Assembly (NCBI GenBank): GCA_951406725.2
Contig: OX597823.1
Coordinates: 41,416,001-41,480,000 of the forward strand
DNA from: Octopus vulgaris
Taxonomy: Eukaryota
Length of the DNA stretch: 64,000 nucleotides
Reading direction: 5' to 3'
Part shown: positions 25,402-39,796 of the stretch, piece after piece
Layout of the letters: each line of letters begins with the position of its first letter
How positions within the stretch are numbered: the first letter of the stretch is position 1
Program-made: the position numbers and the translations under genes
The notes under the pieces: model-generated
Told to the model about the DNA's origin: nothing
The model's input: the letters and a program-made list of their open reading frames with translations, nothing else
Database searches by the model: none

Positions 25402-25641
25402 ACAGGCTTCTATATATGTGTGTGTGTGTGCACGTTTGTCTGTGTTTGTCCGCCACTATCGCTTGACAACTGATGTTAATGTGTTTATGTCCCTGTTACT
25501 TAGCAGTTCGGTAAAAGAAGGTGATAGAATAAGAACTAGGCTTACAAAAAATAAGTCCTGGGGTCGATTTGTTCAACTAAAGGCAGTGCTCCAGAATGGC
25601 CACAGTTAAATGACTGAAACAAGTAAAATAATAAAAGAATA
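25171..25641 (+). mobile_element. tRNA-headed SINE family A, full length
   Basis: A-box-like TGGCTGTATAGT, B-box-like GGTTCAGTTCC, internal (TA)n/(TG)n, 3' gactgaaacaagtaaaa. Confidence 0.92.
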
Positions 25642-25784
25642 TAGACAGATAGATAGATAAAGTTAGATAAGGCCAGTTTATGGGATTAACCTGGTTTTCA
25701 CATCGATAAAATGCTTAGCTTTACAGCTTATCATCAAATCCCGGCCCTATTGGCTTATTACCTCTCTTGTATATGTATAATGAG

Positions 25785-25942
25785 ATTCTGCACAGTTTCC
25801 ACCAACTAATTCCTCTCACAAGGCATTAGCCCACCCAAGGTGATAATAGACAGACACTTGCCTTATGTTGCACAGCAGGACTGAACATGAAACCGCATGG
25901 TTTTGAAATGAACTTTTTAACCATACAACCACACTTGCTCCT
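25785..25942 (-). mobile_element. SINE family A 5' half, degenerate
   Basis: ctcacaaggcatt..gacacttgcc..ggactgaac..catggtt. Confidence 0.7.
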
Positions 25943-26391
25943 GTAAACTGTATATTGTATGTATTATATGCAGCCAGAATTAGTCTGTCCCACCACTACA
26001 CCAGTGATTACAAATGTAATAGAAGGATATATCTGAATGTAATTTAGGATATATCTGAATGTAAAATAATAGCCTAATATCTGTAATCATAACGTCTTTT
26101 TATTCCTCTCAGACTTAAATATTATATATGAAATGATAAATCAAAATTTGTGTCATTCATAACTTTCCTAGGAACTCTAATGTTGTGAAATACTTCAAAA
26201 TTGGAACTGAAATCAGTTCTTAAACTTTGGTTTCCTCCAAACACTTACCACTTCTCTTAATGTTTCTGTCACAATAAACATTAGTGGTGTGGTATTATTT
26301 TTCAGCACAGTGCCAAATTTTGCTAGTTAAGGTGCATAGTTGATTGAATATACTCCAGTGTATACTTAGTACATAACTTATTGAGCTTCAA

Positions 26392-26417
26392 ATAATAATA
26401 ATAATAATAATAATAAC

Positions 26418-26485
<68 letters not shown>

Positions 26486-26500
26486 TGATGATAATAATAG
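26392..26500. repeat. (AAT)n microsatellite
   Basis: Directly visible. Confidence 0.97.
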
Positions 26501-26951
26501 ACAAAAAGAAGAGTGTGTTACACTATGTCATGAAATATAGATTTACCTTTTTTATTGAACTGAACAACATTTCACCTGTATGCCTATCTTCTTTGGGTTC
26601 AAAATGAAAAATACTCAGAATTGCAAAAAATTCCAACTGGAATATTCTGCATTCCTTTCTTGACAAAAAGACATCATCAAGCTTCACTTGTTCATAACTG
26701 GTTAAAACAAGAAAAAAAAAAAACGAGGAAAAAAATTGGAAGTAAAAAGAAAGAGAATATTTCATCAAAAATAATAAGGTGCAACAAGATGAAACAGAAA
26801 AAAACCCGCTGCACTGCAAAAGCAAAACAGATAAAAGTACAAACCAAATCAAAATGGAATCTCAGAGTTACATGATTTCTTGGAAGTGGTAGTCAGATAA
26901 GTAGATAAGTAGAAATGTGGCATTCATATGGTTTCTACATCTCTCTCTCTA

Positions 26952-26987
<36 letters not shown>

Positions 26988-27189
26988 TTTTCCCGTTTCT
27001 ACGTCTTATTGTGGTGTCCTGTACTCACGTATAATTATTTATATATGCATGTATATATACATGTAGATGTAGGTACGTACATATATGTTTGTATGTATGC
27101 ATATATTTTTATTTATCACATTATATATATATATATATATATATCAGCAATGTCAAGGAATTATATTTACTAGGATTTAAAACAGTCTT

Positions 27190-27593
27190 TTATTCGTTTA
27201 TTCTTTTACTTGTTTCAGTTATTTGACTGAGGCCATGTGGAGCACCACCTTTAGTTGAACAAATCGACCCCAGGACTTATTCTTTGTTAGCCTAGTACTT
27301 ATACTATTGGTCTCTTTTGCTGAACCACTAAGTTACAGGGGGGACATAAACACACCAACATCGGTTGTCAAGCAATGGTTGGGGGACAAGCACAGACTCA
27401 CAAATATATACACACATATATACATACATGCAACAGAATTCTTTCAGTTTCCATCTACCAAATCCATTCACAAGGATTTGGTCAGCCCAAGGCTATGGTA
27501 GAAGACACTCACCCAAGGTGCCATGCAGTGGGATAGAACACAGAACTATGTGGTTGGGAAGCAAGCTTCTTATCACCCAGCCACTCCTGTGCC
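27190..27593 (-). mobile_element. SINE family A, full length
   Basis: Close match to 62963-63370. Confidence 0.92.
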
Positions 27594-27839
27594 TGTGTTG
27601 ATTTATTTTTAGAATCAAATTAGACACATTGCCCTGTGTCTAATGCAGCAGCATATTGGATGGAAGACCAAGCATCATAGATTAAATAGTCAGACGAGCA
27701 TAAGTCCCCTATATACAGAAACTGTTACCAGAAATTTATTGTAAACAAGCCAAATCAATCCAGACTGTACAGACTTATGAAAAATTGCTTACAATATGAT
27801 GAGATTATGTGGGAAGGTTACGTCATCTCATTATCACCA

Positions 27840-28116
27840 TCATCATTGTTCAACCGTGGTCAAGACAATGAAATTTACTATGTTACGCTGGACTTCACGG
27901 TCCATCATAGCATTATGGAGGTCCTGTTGCTGGATGCCTGTATCCCTGGAGGTTACATCTGGGTAGGAGAGTGTGCGTCCTCTGCTATCACGAGCAGATG
28001 GCTTCCAGAGGAGAAGAGTAGAAATTACCTCGTTTTCAGCTCCACAACAATGTCCAGCAAACTGGACTCTTCTACCTTTCACGAGAGATGATACAGGTGG
28101 TAATTTCCCATATATT
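27840..28116 (-). mobile_element. 5'-truncated RTE/RTEX-type LINE 3' end with open frame
   Basis: IYGKLPPVSSLVKGRRVQFAGHC..LLLWKP..RGR..YPD..RDTG..AMMDRE..* is a typical RTE/RTEX C-terminus; (TGA)n tail. Confidence 0.85.
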
Positions 28117-31100
28117 TATAATTTGGTTGGATGACAATTCCATGAGAGATTTTGAGCTCTCATTATACCTTCTTTCCCAACTTACATAATCTATACCTAA
28201 TATATATCTCATATCTCTCATTGATTGTGTTAGCTTTTAAGAAACATTTGTTTATTCTCTAAATGAAAAATTCTCCAAGGGAAGAGAAAAGAATATTAAA
28301 ATTTTATCTGGATGTCATTTATTTGCAATGAGTGGATTGCACCAAAGACATAGAGGTGAAGGACCTCCCTGTTAGTTGATCATGATGACTCAAAACATCA
28401 CTGCCAGAAATATGAATTTTACATCCTGTATGACAATTCTCTTGACCAAATTATAAGCAACTATACTGTTGAAGTGAAGGGACATAAAGCTGGTTGTCAT
28501 ATGTAAACTACATTATGGGACAGCTGTAATGTTGTTTATGATAAATCTATGGCTTCTTACTCTATTCCAGTATACTCTCTCAATGTTGTATTTACATGTA
28601 CAGAATTATACATCTTTTTTCCACAAAACTATTTTGAAATATCTTCCAATAAAGGCATAATGAAACATAATTAATTTGTTGTTTCTACCATCTATACTTG
28701 TAAAATAGGTCGATGTTTTATGTGAGTGTGTGTTTTATATGCCAGCAAATATGGCAATTCCAAGAAAAGCAAGGATTTAGAGCCTTTTCATCACATTTAC
28801 CATTCTAAAGAGAATATGATAATCTGTTGGTGTGCTGACTGAAATAAACTGAAAAAAATGTATTGAAAATATAAATTTCAAACCTAAACAGCGATAAACA
28901 ACAATAGTAGTGTTTTCTGTTGGAAAATTTAAGCTAGTTAATTAGATTGAATATTATTATTGATGTTTTATTTGGGTTTTTTTTCTTCTCATTAGTTATT
29001 ATTGTAAACACGATATGATCTTGTCAGATATGTATATTACCTTATTGAATTATAATATTGATGGGAATAATGAGTTAGATGATAGTGATAGTGACAAAAC
29101 TTTATAAGAAGATGGTGATGGGAATGGTGTAGTAGTGTAAAGGTATGTGGGCTGGTTGTGATGTTGTGATGAGTAGATAGGTATGTGGTGGGGGTGATAG
29201 TGGTAGGCATGAATGTATGGAAGGATATATATGTGGTGATGCAAATAATTGAATGAGAAAGATATATTGCTATGCTGGTGTTGGTGGTAACAACAGTGGT
29301 GGTGGTGGTGGTGGTATTGTAGAAGGTGATTTGTTTGTGGTGATGATAATTATTGTATGAGAGCGATGTTTATGGTGTGAGTAATGGTGAATTTTCTATG
29401 AAAGGATGTACTGATAAAATTGATGAAGAAGGAGATGAATGAGCAAAAAGAATGAAAAGTAAGGTAGGAATTTCAGTGGCCTAAGGAAGGGAGCAGAAAG
29501 GAAATGCACGCTAATGCTACACCATAATAATATATCCCCTATATATACGTCAGTCACCAGTAAAAAATAAAAACAACAATCAAAATCAAGTTTCAAAACC
29601 TCCAACATCAATTATACTAATGGTCAAAAAAAGAGGAGTCAGACAGCAACAATGATAACAACTGCAACAACAATTATTGACAGACAATGACACAAGGGGT
29701 ATATAATCAACTGAAGAGATGCCAGAATATTCTTTGCCATTATAATAATGGTATGAACAACTATGAAGGTGATTGGTTTAACATTTTGTGGGGTTTTTTT
29801 TTTCACTTCAGGAATAGAATTTGATAGGTTTATAATATTTTCTTCTAACTAGGCACAACAATTATTAGGAAAGGAATAGTCAATTGCATTGATTCCCATT
29901 ACATGACTGGTATCTATGTCTATATATGACACCTGATACACAGGCACTCTAAATAACTAACAAAAAGGCATACTACCAAGTCTTGTTGACTTGTGAGTGA
30001 GGGCTATGTTAAGCTCTTATGAATTATATAAGCAGTTTGTTGTTTTCATTTCGTTCAAAAACATTGGAGCCCAAGGAAATAGTTACGAGAAGCTATGGAA
30101 ATAAAATTGTTTTTGCCAAGATATTATATCAAATAAGAGCATTCTTGCTATCAGCATTACACAATATAAACAAAACCATTAGCAACAATTAGCAGCACTA
30201 AAATCAGCACTCTGTCTTTAATAGCAAAGAATAAGTAGCAGAAATCTTTGGGGAAAAATGAGGAAATCTTTTGGAACATTGTATTGGAAACAGATATTAT
30301 CAGTGAAGATTAAAAATAGTCATATTTAGTTGGTATAATGAGCAATAATTAAGCATTATTCAGAAATATATCGTTTTCTTAATTTTCATTTTTATTATCA
30401 TAATCATGACCATTATTGTCACCCTGTTATTACCCAATAAAGACATCAGATGGAGCAACTGGTGCAGACTTTCAGAGCAATTATGGATTTATATATTGTA
30501 AATCATTTAAGACAATGATTGTTATTTCCTCCCCTTTACAAGAAGTTAAACATCAACAACTTACCCCTTACTTTTCTCACCATCACATTAGCTATCCTCA
30601 TCACACAAATCAAGATTTTATATTGATAAAGTTATTCTCATCAGCATTATCACAAACATTATACATGTCAATGTCAACATGTGCTTAAATATCTTGTGGT
30701 AATTATCATCATAATTACAAAATATTTTCTTATGCTGTCATAATTGTTGTATCTGCATAGCATTTTACAGTGAAATATGATTGTTTTATTGTGATTATAT
30801 GTATAATAATTACGATGATAACGATTATCCTGATGAAAACTGATACATGAGATGATGATTGTATATCAATAGAAAGCTTAAATAACAATGGAGAAGACAT
30901 GCTATGTAAATGAACAAAATCCAGTGTGACTTTATAAAAGCTCCCTTCCCTCACATAATACATGGCCCAGCACCTTTAAATACCCCTGCAGTGTTGTACC
31001 TTCATCTATCTCTAATGATACTTTAATAAATGACTCAAAAACTCAGTTCCATATCATTGGTTGATTTGGTTGCACTTTCTTCAACCTCATACACTGAATC

Positions 31101-31347
31101 AAATCTAAACTATGCAATTCCTGATATGTGGGTGAAACTGGACATTGGTTTGGTGACCACATTCTTGTGGCAATGCCATAATGTCCAGGATGGCATGCAA
31201 GCACCCTGTAAACATGTAGCTAAACACTTTAATTTGCCTGTCCCATTCCTTCAGTCATGTTTATATGTGGTGATTTATCTTGCACCATGGTTCATCCCTG
31301 ATTCAGAAGCACAATGACTAAGCATAATCTTTATTCTACAAACTTAC

Positions 31348-31388
31348 CTTCATGCAGAAATTAAGGAACACCTCAATTCTTCTTTCAG
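31348..31388 (-). other. Candidate 41-nt exon of an unidentified minus-strand gene
   Basis: ctctctctttgtatatgtag|CTGAAAG...ATGAAG|gtaagt; one open frame (ERRIEVFLNFCMK); no homology recognised. Confidence 0.3.
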
Positions 31389-32180
31389 CTACATATACAA
31401 AGAGAGAGAGAGAGGAGAGGAGAGGGGGAGAGAGTGAAAGAAAGAGATAGGGACAATAGGGGAGGTAGATAAAAAGCACACAAGTAAAATGAGGAAGATA
31501 TATAAGTTAAGGAAGAGACAATGAAAAATAATATAACGAAGTTAGACAAATAAAAAAACGTGGTGAAAATGTGTAGAAAATGAAACAAGAATCAAAGGAT
31601 GTATACAATGAAAATAGTCGAAATTGAGATGATATTTGGTTGACAGTTGATGAAGGGTTATGCATGTTTGTCAACTGTTGTGTGTTTTTATTCAATTTTT
31701 CTTGTAAATTTGTTTGTTATTCTTCTCTACCACGTTTGTCATATATATATGTGTGTATGGTTAAAGAATGTTTTTATATATGTATAAAACTAAGCTTTTC
31801 TTATTTCATAAGTTTATGGTACAATTTGAGTACAATTTGTAATCTAATGAAGCTGACAACTGATGAAATTTTGAAATCACTGCCAATAATATTATACATA
31901 TTTCAGCATGTTTATAAGCATACACATATTTGATTTACATATTTATATTAATTTTTACAATGGAAGGAGTGTCTGTGACTTCAAAGTTTTGGCTTACTAG
32001 CTATCATTAGATTGTCTAATGATATCCAGTAAGGCAATAATTTGAAATCGTTTTCAGCATTTCCTAGTAAAAATTTATAAATATTTTCCTTCAATTTCAT
32101 GCTTTTATATTTTTATATATAACACGAAAACAAATATTGATATGTAATTATGTATGAATATCTCACTCTATTGCTGTGTG

Positions 32181-32218
<38 letters not shown>

Positions 32219-32389
32219 AGCAAAGTAACTAGTTAGAAAATCTCTGAGATGAAAGTAGTAACTATACTGAGAGGTAATGCTTGTTGCCACTTCAATAAGG
32301 CTATTTTGCATGAACCAACGTTAACCATCTAGAGGAGGTTTCCTCTTGGGGTTAAAAATGGTTGTAACATTGGTCTGTCTGTCTGTCTT

Positions 32390-32423
<34 letters not shown>

Positions 32424-33864
32424 TTGATTAATGAAAGAGGTGGAAGATAAGAGGATGTTTATTGATTACTACAATTGTTTTCACCTGTCTACCAGGTGTA
32501 TAATATATGACTTATTATCTAATAATATATATATGTCTACATCATAAGAATTTAGATACTTTGAGAGAACATGAAACGTGATTTTAATGGTTGAACTCAA
32601 GGTAGATAAAGCTATAAATAACAGTATGTAAATATTGGACTAAAAACCCCTTTGGATAAGAAAAGTCGAATCTTCTATAAATGTGTTACATATCACACTG
32701 ATATAGATAACAACACTGAAAAACAACCAAACCTCTGAAATATTAAATTTGTTTTCCTTTCTGACAATAAACTATTTGTAAAACATTTGCTATGCCATCT
32801 AAATCTTTTTCAAGAATCCAGATGGCATTAGCAAAATAGCTTCAAGTGGCAATAAACAAATTTGAAAATTTGATACTACAAACAATGCATGCAGCTGCAA
32901 CATAATACTTACTTGTACACTTGAAATAATAGCCTTAGTAGTAGTAGCAACAATGGTAATAGTGGAGGAGGAGATGGTAGTATTTGTGGTAATGGTGGTG
33001 GTGGTGGTGGTGGTGGTACTAGTAGTAGCTGAAGCACTTAGTTACCAGATGAGTTGCAAATAGAAAACTATCTACATTATTAGGTCGTCAGGTATTTATG
33101 ATGTACTTTCTGGCAGCAGTGGTAGACTTTTAGGTCTGGAGTTACAAATCAGACTAGTAAAGGGTGAATTAGGCGTGGAATATTTATGTTGATATTTCAC
33201 TGTTGAGAATATCTCTGTTGTTATGTAACATTGATGGCTACTTTGGTAATGTCAATAACCAAGTGTCGATTTTTGGGACCCCGACCAGGATCCAAAGCAG
33301 TACCTAGGGGCATCTTACAGCCTGGTCGGGTGTGAAGATGAATAGGCTTAACGCCGAAATATGTTAATTTTTGTAATGATTAATACTGTTGGCAAATTGT
33401 AATAGGTTCATTGCCTCATGTAATGATATGTTAAAGAACAATATTATAGAGAAGCAGAGGGTGGTGGGCGCTTTCTGTCTTCTCTCATCTTTATCATCCT
33501 TGTATCATTATCATTCATTTCATTAATGTCTTGCCCAGCCCGCAAAGCTACCTAATCTATGTACTGTCTTCATGACAAATTTAATGAAATAAAGTAGATC
33601 TTGATGGCAGTTCGAATGGGAACAAGTTGTATTAACGTCTTGGGCTTTGACACGAGTGAATTTAGTTCCAATATAGCGAGAATAATGTCCTTCGTTATGA
33701 AATATAGAATTGCAAAGGCAATAAAGATGTTAATAGAAATCGTTCTAAGTCAGTTTAGGTATAAATTGTCTGGATCTTGTCAGTAATGGATATATATATT
33801 TTACAACGATGATCTGATTATACCAGTAAGGCAAAACATACTATGCTGCTGCAGCTGCTTCTAA

Positions 33865-34261
33865 TAATCATAATAATATAATAAATGCCCTGATGTAGTA
33901 CAAGGCAGTGGTTCTGTGCACTGATGCAGTACCAGACAGTAGCTTGCATGGCTTCTGATCTTAACTGATTGGAAGTGTTATCATGTCAATCTTTTATTTT
34001 GGTGTAAAAGATGGGCTACAGCAAATATTCTGCTCAATATCACAGATTTGCTTGTCAACTGTTTGACCATAACCAGTTGAGCGACAGTATGTGCATCTCT
34101 GATCACAAGCAGACTTAGTGGGAGAGCATCATAGCCATAATGTTGAAAGGAATTCTTTGGGGTTTGAATAATTCCCCTTATCAGACAGGCAGTCATGATG
34201 GATATACTGGGCTTCATATATCTGTAACCTTTGATGGCATGTGCTACTGTCTCACTCAATG

Positions 34262-34295
<34 letters not shown>

Positions 34296-34374
34296 TGATA
34301 ATAATAATAATAATAATAATATTTGTATATTTGTACCCCAGTGTCACTTTGATGGCATGAACTGCTCTCTCACT

Positions 34375-34463
<89 letters not shown>

Positions 34464-34520
34464 TTTGTATATTTGTACCCCAGTGTCACTTTGATGGCAT
34501 GAACTGCTCTCTAACTCATT
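33865..34520 (+). mobile_element. (AAT)n-associated interspersed repeat with its 3' end reiterated
   Basis: 3' block ..tttgatggcatg..ctcactca at about 34215-34260, 34321-34378 and 34461-34520; fragments also at about 5095-5150 and (inverted) 7260-7283. Confidence 0.7.
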
Positions 34521-34539
34521 AATAAAAGTAATAATAATA

Positions 34540-35309
34540 ATCTTTCTACTACATGCACAAGGCCTGAAACTTTTGATGGAGGAAGCTAGTCGATTACATC
34601 AATCCCAGGGCTCAACTGGTGTACATTTTATCAACCTCAGAAAGATGAGAGACAAAGTTGGCCTTGCAAAAATTTGTACTCAGAATGTAAAGACAAAGGA
34701 AATTTGGTTAAACATTTTGCCCAGGTTGCTGACAATTTTGCCAGCTTGTTGCTTTTAATAATGGCTTAAAACTTTAGCACAGAGCCAGCAGTTTTGAAAG
34801 GCAGCAGACGTTGATTGCATTGAGCCCAGTACTCGAATGGTACTTATATTATCAACCCCGAAAGGATGAAGAGCACAGTTGGCCTTGGCAGGATTTGAGC
34901 TCAACATAAAGAGCCAAAAGAACTGCAACAAAGCATTTTATCTGACATAACTCTGTAACTCTTAAACTGGTTTCAGCTCAAGAGTTGCAGCCATGCTGGG
35001 GTATCACCATTAATGACATGCTAATGATTCTGCCAGATTGCTGCTTTAATAATACTAATAATAATAATAATATAATAATAAAACTAATAATCCTTTCTAC
35101 TATAGGCACAAGGCCTGAAATTTTGGGGAGGGGGATAGTTGATTACATCGACCCCAGTACTCAACTGGAACTTAATCCATCGTCCCCGAAAGGATGCAAA
35201 GCAAAGTCAACCATGGAAGAATTTGAAATCATAACATAAAGACAGGATGAAATACTGCTAAGCATTTCACCCAGCATGCTAGTGTTTCTGCCAGTTTGCC
35301 CTCTTAATG

Positions 35310-35357
<48 letters not shown>

Positions 35358-35592
35358 GTAATAATAATAATAATGATAATGGTTTCAAATTTTGCCACAA
35401 GGGCAGCAATTTTGTGGGAGGGGATGAGTCGATTACATTGACTCCAGTGTTCAACTAGTACTTATTTTATCAATCCCGAAAGGATGAAAGGCAAAGTCGA
35501 TTTTGGAAGAATTTGAACTCAGAACGTAAAGACAAACGAAATAACGCTAGGCATTTTGCCCTGTGCAGTAACGATTCTTCCAACTCGTAGCC
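34540..35592 (-). mobile_element. Head-to-tail array of four SINE family C copies
   Basis: Units at about 34540-34755, 34760-34950, 35090-35305, 35380-35592; tRNA-like B box (minus strand GAGTTCAAATTC). Confidence 0.92.
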
Positions 35593-36384
35593 TAATAATA
35601 ATAATAATGATAATAATAATAATGATGATAATGATAATGATATAAATATAAAAAATTGAATAACCAAGTCTTTTGCAATGATCTGTGTCCTGTATTTTAC
35701 TAATTTAAAATTTTTTGCTCTTACTTTTTTTCAACAATGTTTGTTATAGGTTGGGTACTTCTCCAAATTTTAGATGTGCATATGAATTATTGCTGTATAT
35801 ATTGACATATTAACTGATCTTGCTACTACTAATCACCCATCCATGAAAATCTATCTGACAAGTTCAATCATTTTCCTTGATTAAGTGCAACTAGATTAAT
35901 TATAGAAAAGTTTGAACTAATTAAAGTAAAGAGTTTAAAACTGACCCTAACAACTTTTAAACTTTTATACCTCCATAAATACATGCGCATTTGCATATTA
36001 AAATATTTTACATTTATTTTTCCATGCTAGCATGAGTTGGATGGGTTTTCAAATGCTCATATGTCTCTATCTGTGGGTCTTAGTCTGGATGACAGCGCCT
36101 CACCACTGGGCATAATATAAGGTAACACAAAGGCAGCAAATGCCAAGGAGATATTATGGGAGAGACACTAGGTATTTAGAGGATTGATGATTTTTCTTAG
36201 AAATAAAATATTTAAAACAGGTAAAAGAAAAAGATGGAAAATTTCCAATGAATTTTCAAAATAAATCAGTTGTTGGGATTAGAATATGAGCATGACATTG
36301 TATTATCAGTGATCAGAAAACATGACTTAGAATCAACCAATATGCAAATTAGCTTCTCTTTGATAAAAAAAAAAATGATTGATA

Positions 36385-36600
36385 CAATGTAGGCAATGTA
36401 TTTCTTTTCAAACACATTGAATTTGTGTTAATCACTTTCGAAAATAATGGGAAATTTAATAAAATAACTGTCTTTATGAAGCTGGTATTCAGAACATAAT
36501 TCACAAGAAATATCATCCGAAAGTTTTAGTTCACTTTAAAACAGGAAGTTGGTTTTATACAACTAGGGTTGATCTCAATGGTTTGGTATGGGGCAGGTTA
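36385..36600 (-). mobile_element. Degenerate piggyBac MITE copy
   Basis: Similar to 8290-8506. Confidence 0.55.
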
Positions 36601-37149
36601 CAATAATAACAGATAATTTGCCTTTTTGTGATTTTTTTTTTTTTTCAAATTTTAGGAAGTGGGTTTCAATTGTAAAATGGTATTCCATGAAATATGGCAC
36701 CAAGCTATAAATTGTGTGAATTTACTGAATAAATGTTTTTGTATGCTAATCCCTCTAACTCAGTTAATCCCTCAAACATAATGTGTTCCAAGTTCAGTCC
36801 CCACTAAAAATGGTATTTAAATAACTACAGAAGGACTATCTAGGTGGACCTGGGTCATTTAAAGTGTCAGGAACAAATGTATCCAAACACTTGTTTGATA
36901 GGAGTTTTTCCACTGAAGATTTCAGCTGTTTACTGGCCTTGTAGGGAAGTATATAAAATCACTAATAAACACATGTGCAAACATACATACCTGCTGAGAG
37001 AAATGGGCCTGCTTCATATACATAGCATCCTTCTGTGAGTGAAAATCAATAACATTTACTTAGATTTGTTTTTCTCAAACACTCTTATATTCTCTGTAAT
37101 GAAGGTAAACTTTCAGAACCATTGCCAGTCTCATTATATAAAACCCATA

Positions 37150-37365
37150 GGGTGGTAGATTGGCAGAATCATTAGAGTGCTGGGCAAAATGCCTTTGTGG
37201 TATTTCTTCTCACTTTTTATGTTCTGATCTCAAATATTACAGAAGTCAACTTCACTTTCATCCCTTCTGCAGATGATAAAATGAAGTGCCATTCAAGTAC
37301 TGGGGTTGGTTAAACCGAATACTATTTTTCTCAAATTCCCTTTCTTTCACCTATATTAGAAAGAA
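37150..37365 (+). mobile_element. SINE family C copy
   Basis: tggcagaatcattagagtgctgggcaaaatgc..tttcatcc..gataaaatgaagtgcca. Confidence 0.8.
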
Positions 37366-37492
37366 CTAATTATGCACAATACATAACATAAAGGAGTGAT
37401 TGTCTTGTTCCCTACTTTACAAGAAAGTAATCACTTCAATAAATAAATAAATGTATATATATATATAAAAATACAAAATATTAATTATTGCA

Positions 37493-37535
<43 letters not shown>

Positions 37536-37900
37536 TTAATAATAATAATAATAATTTCGGCAAAAGTGGTGTGTTCTTATGAAATTTTTTTACCATTCAT
37601 TTCTATTTGAAAACAAAGTCAGAAAATGATGTGACATAAAAAATATTAAAAGTCATGGCATATTTTTTTGTGAGAATATAAGGAAAATTCATGCAAAAGA
37701 AGAATCTTATTAGATAAATGTTGCATGATTCTTCTCTTTGCTGCCCTTCTATGAATGAGAGCCAATCTCGCAAAAAGTGTCACTGCATTTTTTCTCAAGA
37801 ATCATATTGCGGTCTGTCAGAGAATGTTAGAAACCATTAAGAACAAATATAAAAATTGGTAATTTCCACCTCTGTAAATTATATGATATGTGTGTTCAAG

Positions 37901-37904
<4 letters not shown>

Positions 37905-37985
<81 letters not shown>

Positions 37986-37990
37986 ACTCA
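37905..37990. repeat. (TC)n microsatellite
   Basis: Directly visible. Confidence 0.97.
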
Positions 37991-38359
37991 CTCACACGTA
38001 TATACTACAGTGATGTATATTTCTATAAATGTTGTATGTAAATACACTTACGCCTGTGTTTGTATGTGTGTATGTACAAGTGCATGAATATACAATGTTT
38101 ATCTTCATACATACTTGAATACTTACGAAATATATAAATATATATATATAACACGCAGAATTAAATCTGAAGAATTGCTGACCATAATTATTCTTCGATC
38201 TTCCTCCAAGATGTCAAAGAGACAAAGTGTCTGATAAGAAACACATAAAACTGTTGTAGTAGCATTGGTATGAGTATTAGTATGAGTAGATGTAATTTAT
38301 CAATAGTTCCTTTGAAGTGTCATAAACTAATGTATACATTTATATGTTATATCTATCTT

Positions 38360-38390
<31 letters not shown>

Positions 38391-38799
38391 TATAAGAACA
38401 TAGGGACTGGTCTTGTGCTTAATGTAATATAAAATTTCCTCTCCTTTATCTCTTCAGAGACAACACAAGAAAGGGGTTATACAAATCCTTTCCTTGTATC
38501 CACATTTACACTTATCTGATAGAAAGCTTGTATTTTATGACAGCAGTTAAGAATCATGACTAAAAGGCTGTGTTCATCATTATATTCACATAAAAAGTAA
38601 TTATCGGTGATTTTAGGCTATATTTTGTTGTTTTGAAAGTGAAGAAAAATGACTTCCGTGTGTTCAGCCTTTACAGTCTGTCACATAAATATACATGTTG
38701 GTGTTACTTTATTTTATATGCATTCTTTGTTAAAACTTCACTAATTGCAATATATTTAGCAAAGATGTGATACATTAGAATGCAGCATAGTCTATCCAT

Positions 38800-39420
38800 A
38801 TCTAAAAAGACACATCTGTTCAGTTACTATTAGAAAACCACTTCCTTGAGAATAACCATCTGCTACCCACTGTTATTAACTTCTTTTCAAGTTGTTGTTT
38901 AGTATTGAGTTCTGTTTTTTTTGTTCCTATTTTGTAATTTTCTAAACTTTTGATTGTCTTATGAAATTGTTTGGTAAGCATTGCTTGAGCCATTGGCCAT
39001 TCCATCTTTCTTAGAATCTCTTCAATCTGTTAATAATGGAAAATAAAATGTAAAACTGGTTTAGCTCCAGTCAAAAATATTTTCGACAATCTGTAATATT
39101 CCTTGAAATGTTTATGTATCACCATTCTTCCTTTCAGTGAAGAAATTATAAGCTATTTATTGAAGAATTAATTGATTTTAAGATGTATTTGTGTTGCCAG
39201 CATTAAGCTGTTTTTCCAACATTGTTACCATTAAGAGCTGTTTACAATTTCTTCTCATTGCATTATATCAAGCTTCACAATGTACACACCAAGTTCCTCT
39301 TTCCTGTGTTACAAACAATAATTGATAGTTTTATTTCTGGTTGTGTCTGTTCATTTGATATGTATACACTACACATCTCACAAGTCCATACAAAAGCTAT
39401 ATTACATCACTGATTATATA
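38800..39420 (-). mobile_element. Highly decayed R4/Dong-type LINE fragment
   Basis: Ordered remnants YSF..WT, MNRH, RKE..G, W..QF.K.I, SRWL, GFLI..EQ resembling the post-RT region; many frameshifts. Confidence 0.4.
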
Positions 39421-39639
39421 TCACCTCCAAATCAAGAGAAGAAGAGAATAGTTTGTTATAAATGTAAAAGTACCTTGCTACAATAGCTTACTCATTAAAA
39501 TAAAATTCATTAGATTTAATTTTTACATTTGTTTTCCACTTAACCCCACACTTTGGTTTGTTTCGTCTTGGATTGTTATGTGTTGAATTCTGAAAGCAAA
39601 AATTTCCAAAATTGAAAATGAGTTGGTAGGTTCCTTTGC

Positions 39640-39796
39640 ATGCAGGCTTCTCTCAGTATCTGCCAACCAAATCCACCCTCAACGTTTTGGTTGGCCTGAA
39701 ACTGCAGTAGAAATCATTTTCCCAAAGTAACATACAACGGAACTGAACCTAAAACCATGTGATTAGGAAGCAAACATCTTAACCATGGCCATGCTG
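39640..39796 (-). mobile_element. SINE family A 5' half
   Basis: caggcttctctcagt..aaatccac..actgaacctaaaaccatgtg. Confidence 0.7.

Noticed and set aside
34262-34520. CRISPR-like repeat-spacer pattern
   Set aside because: Spacers are (AAT)n microsatellite, context is eukaryotic, no cas genes
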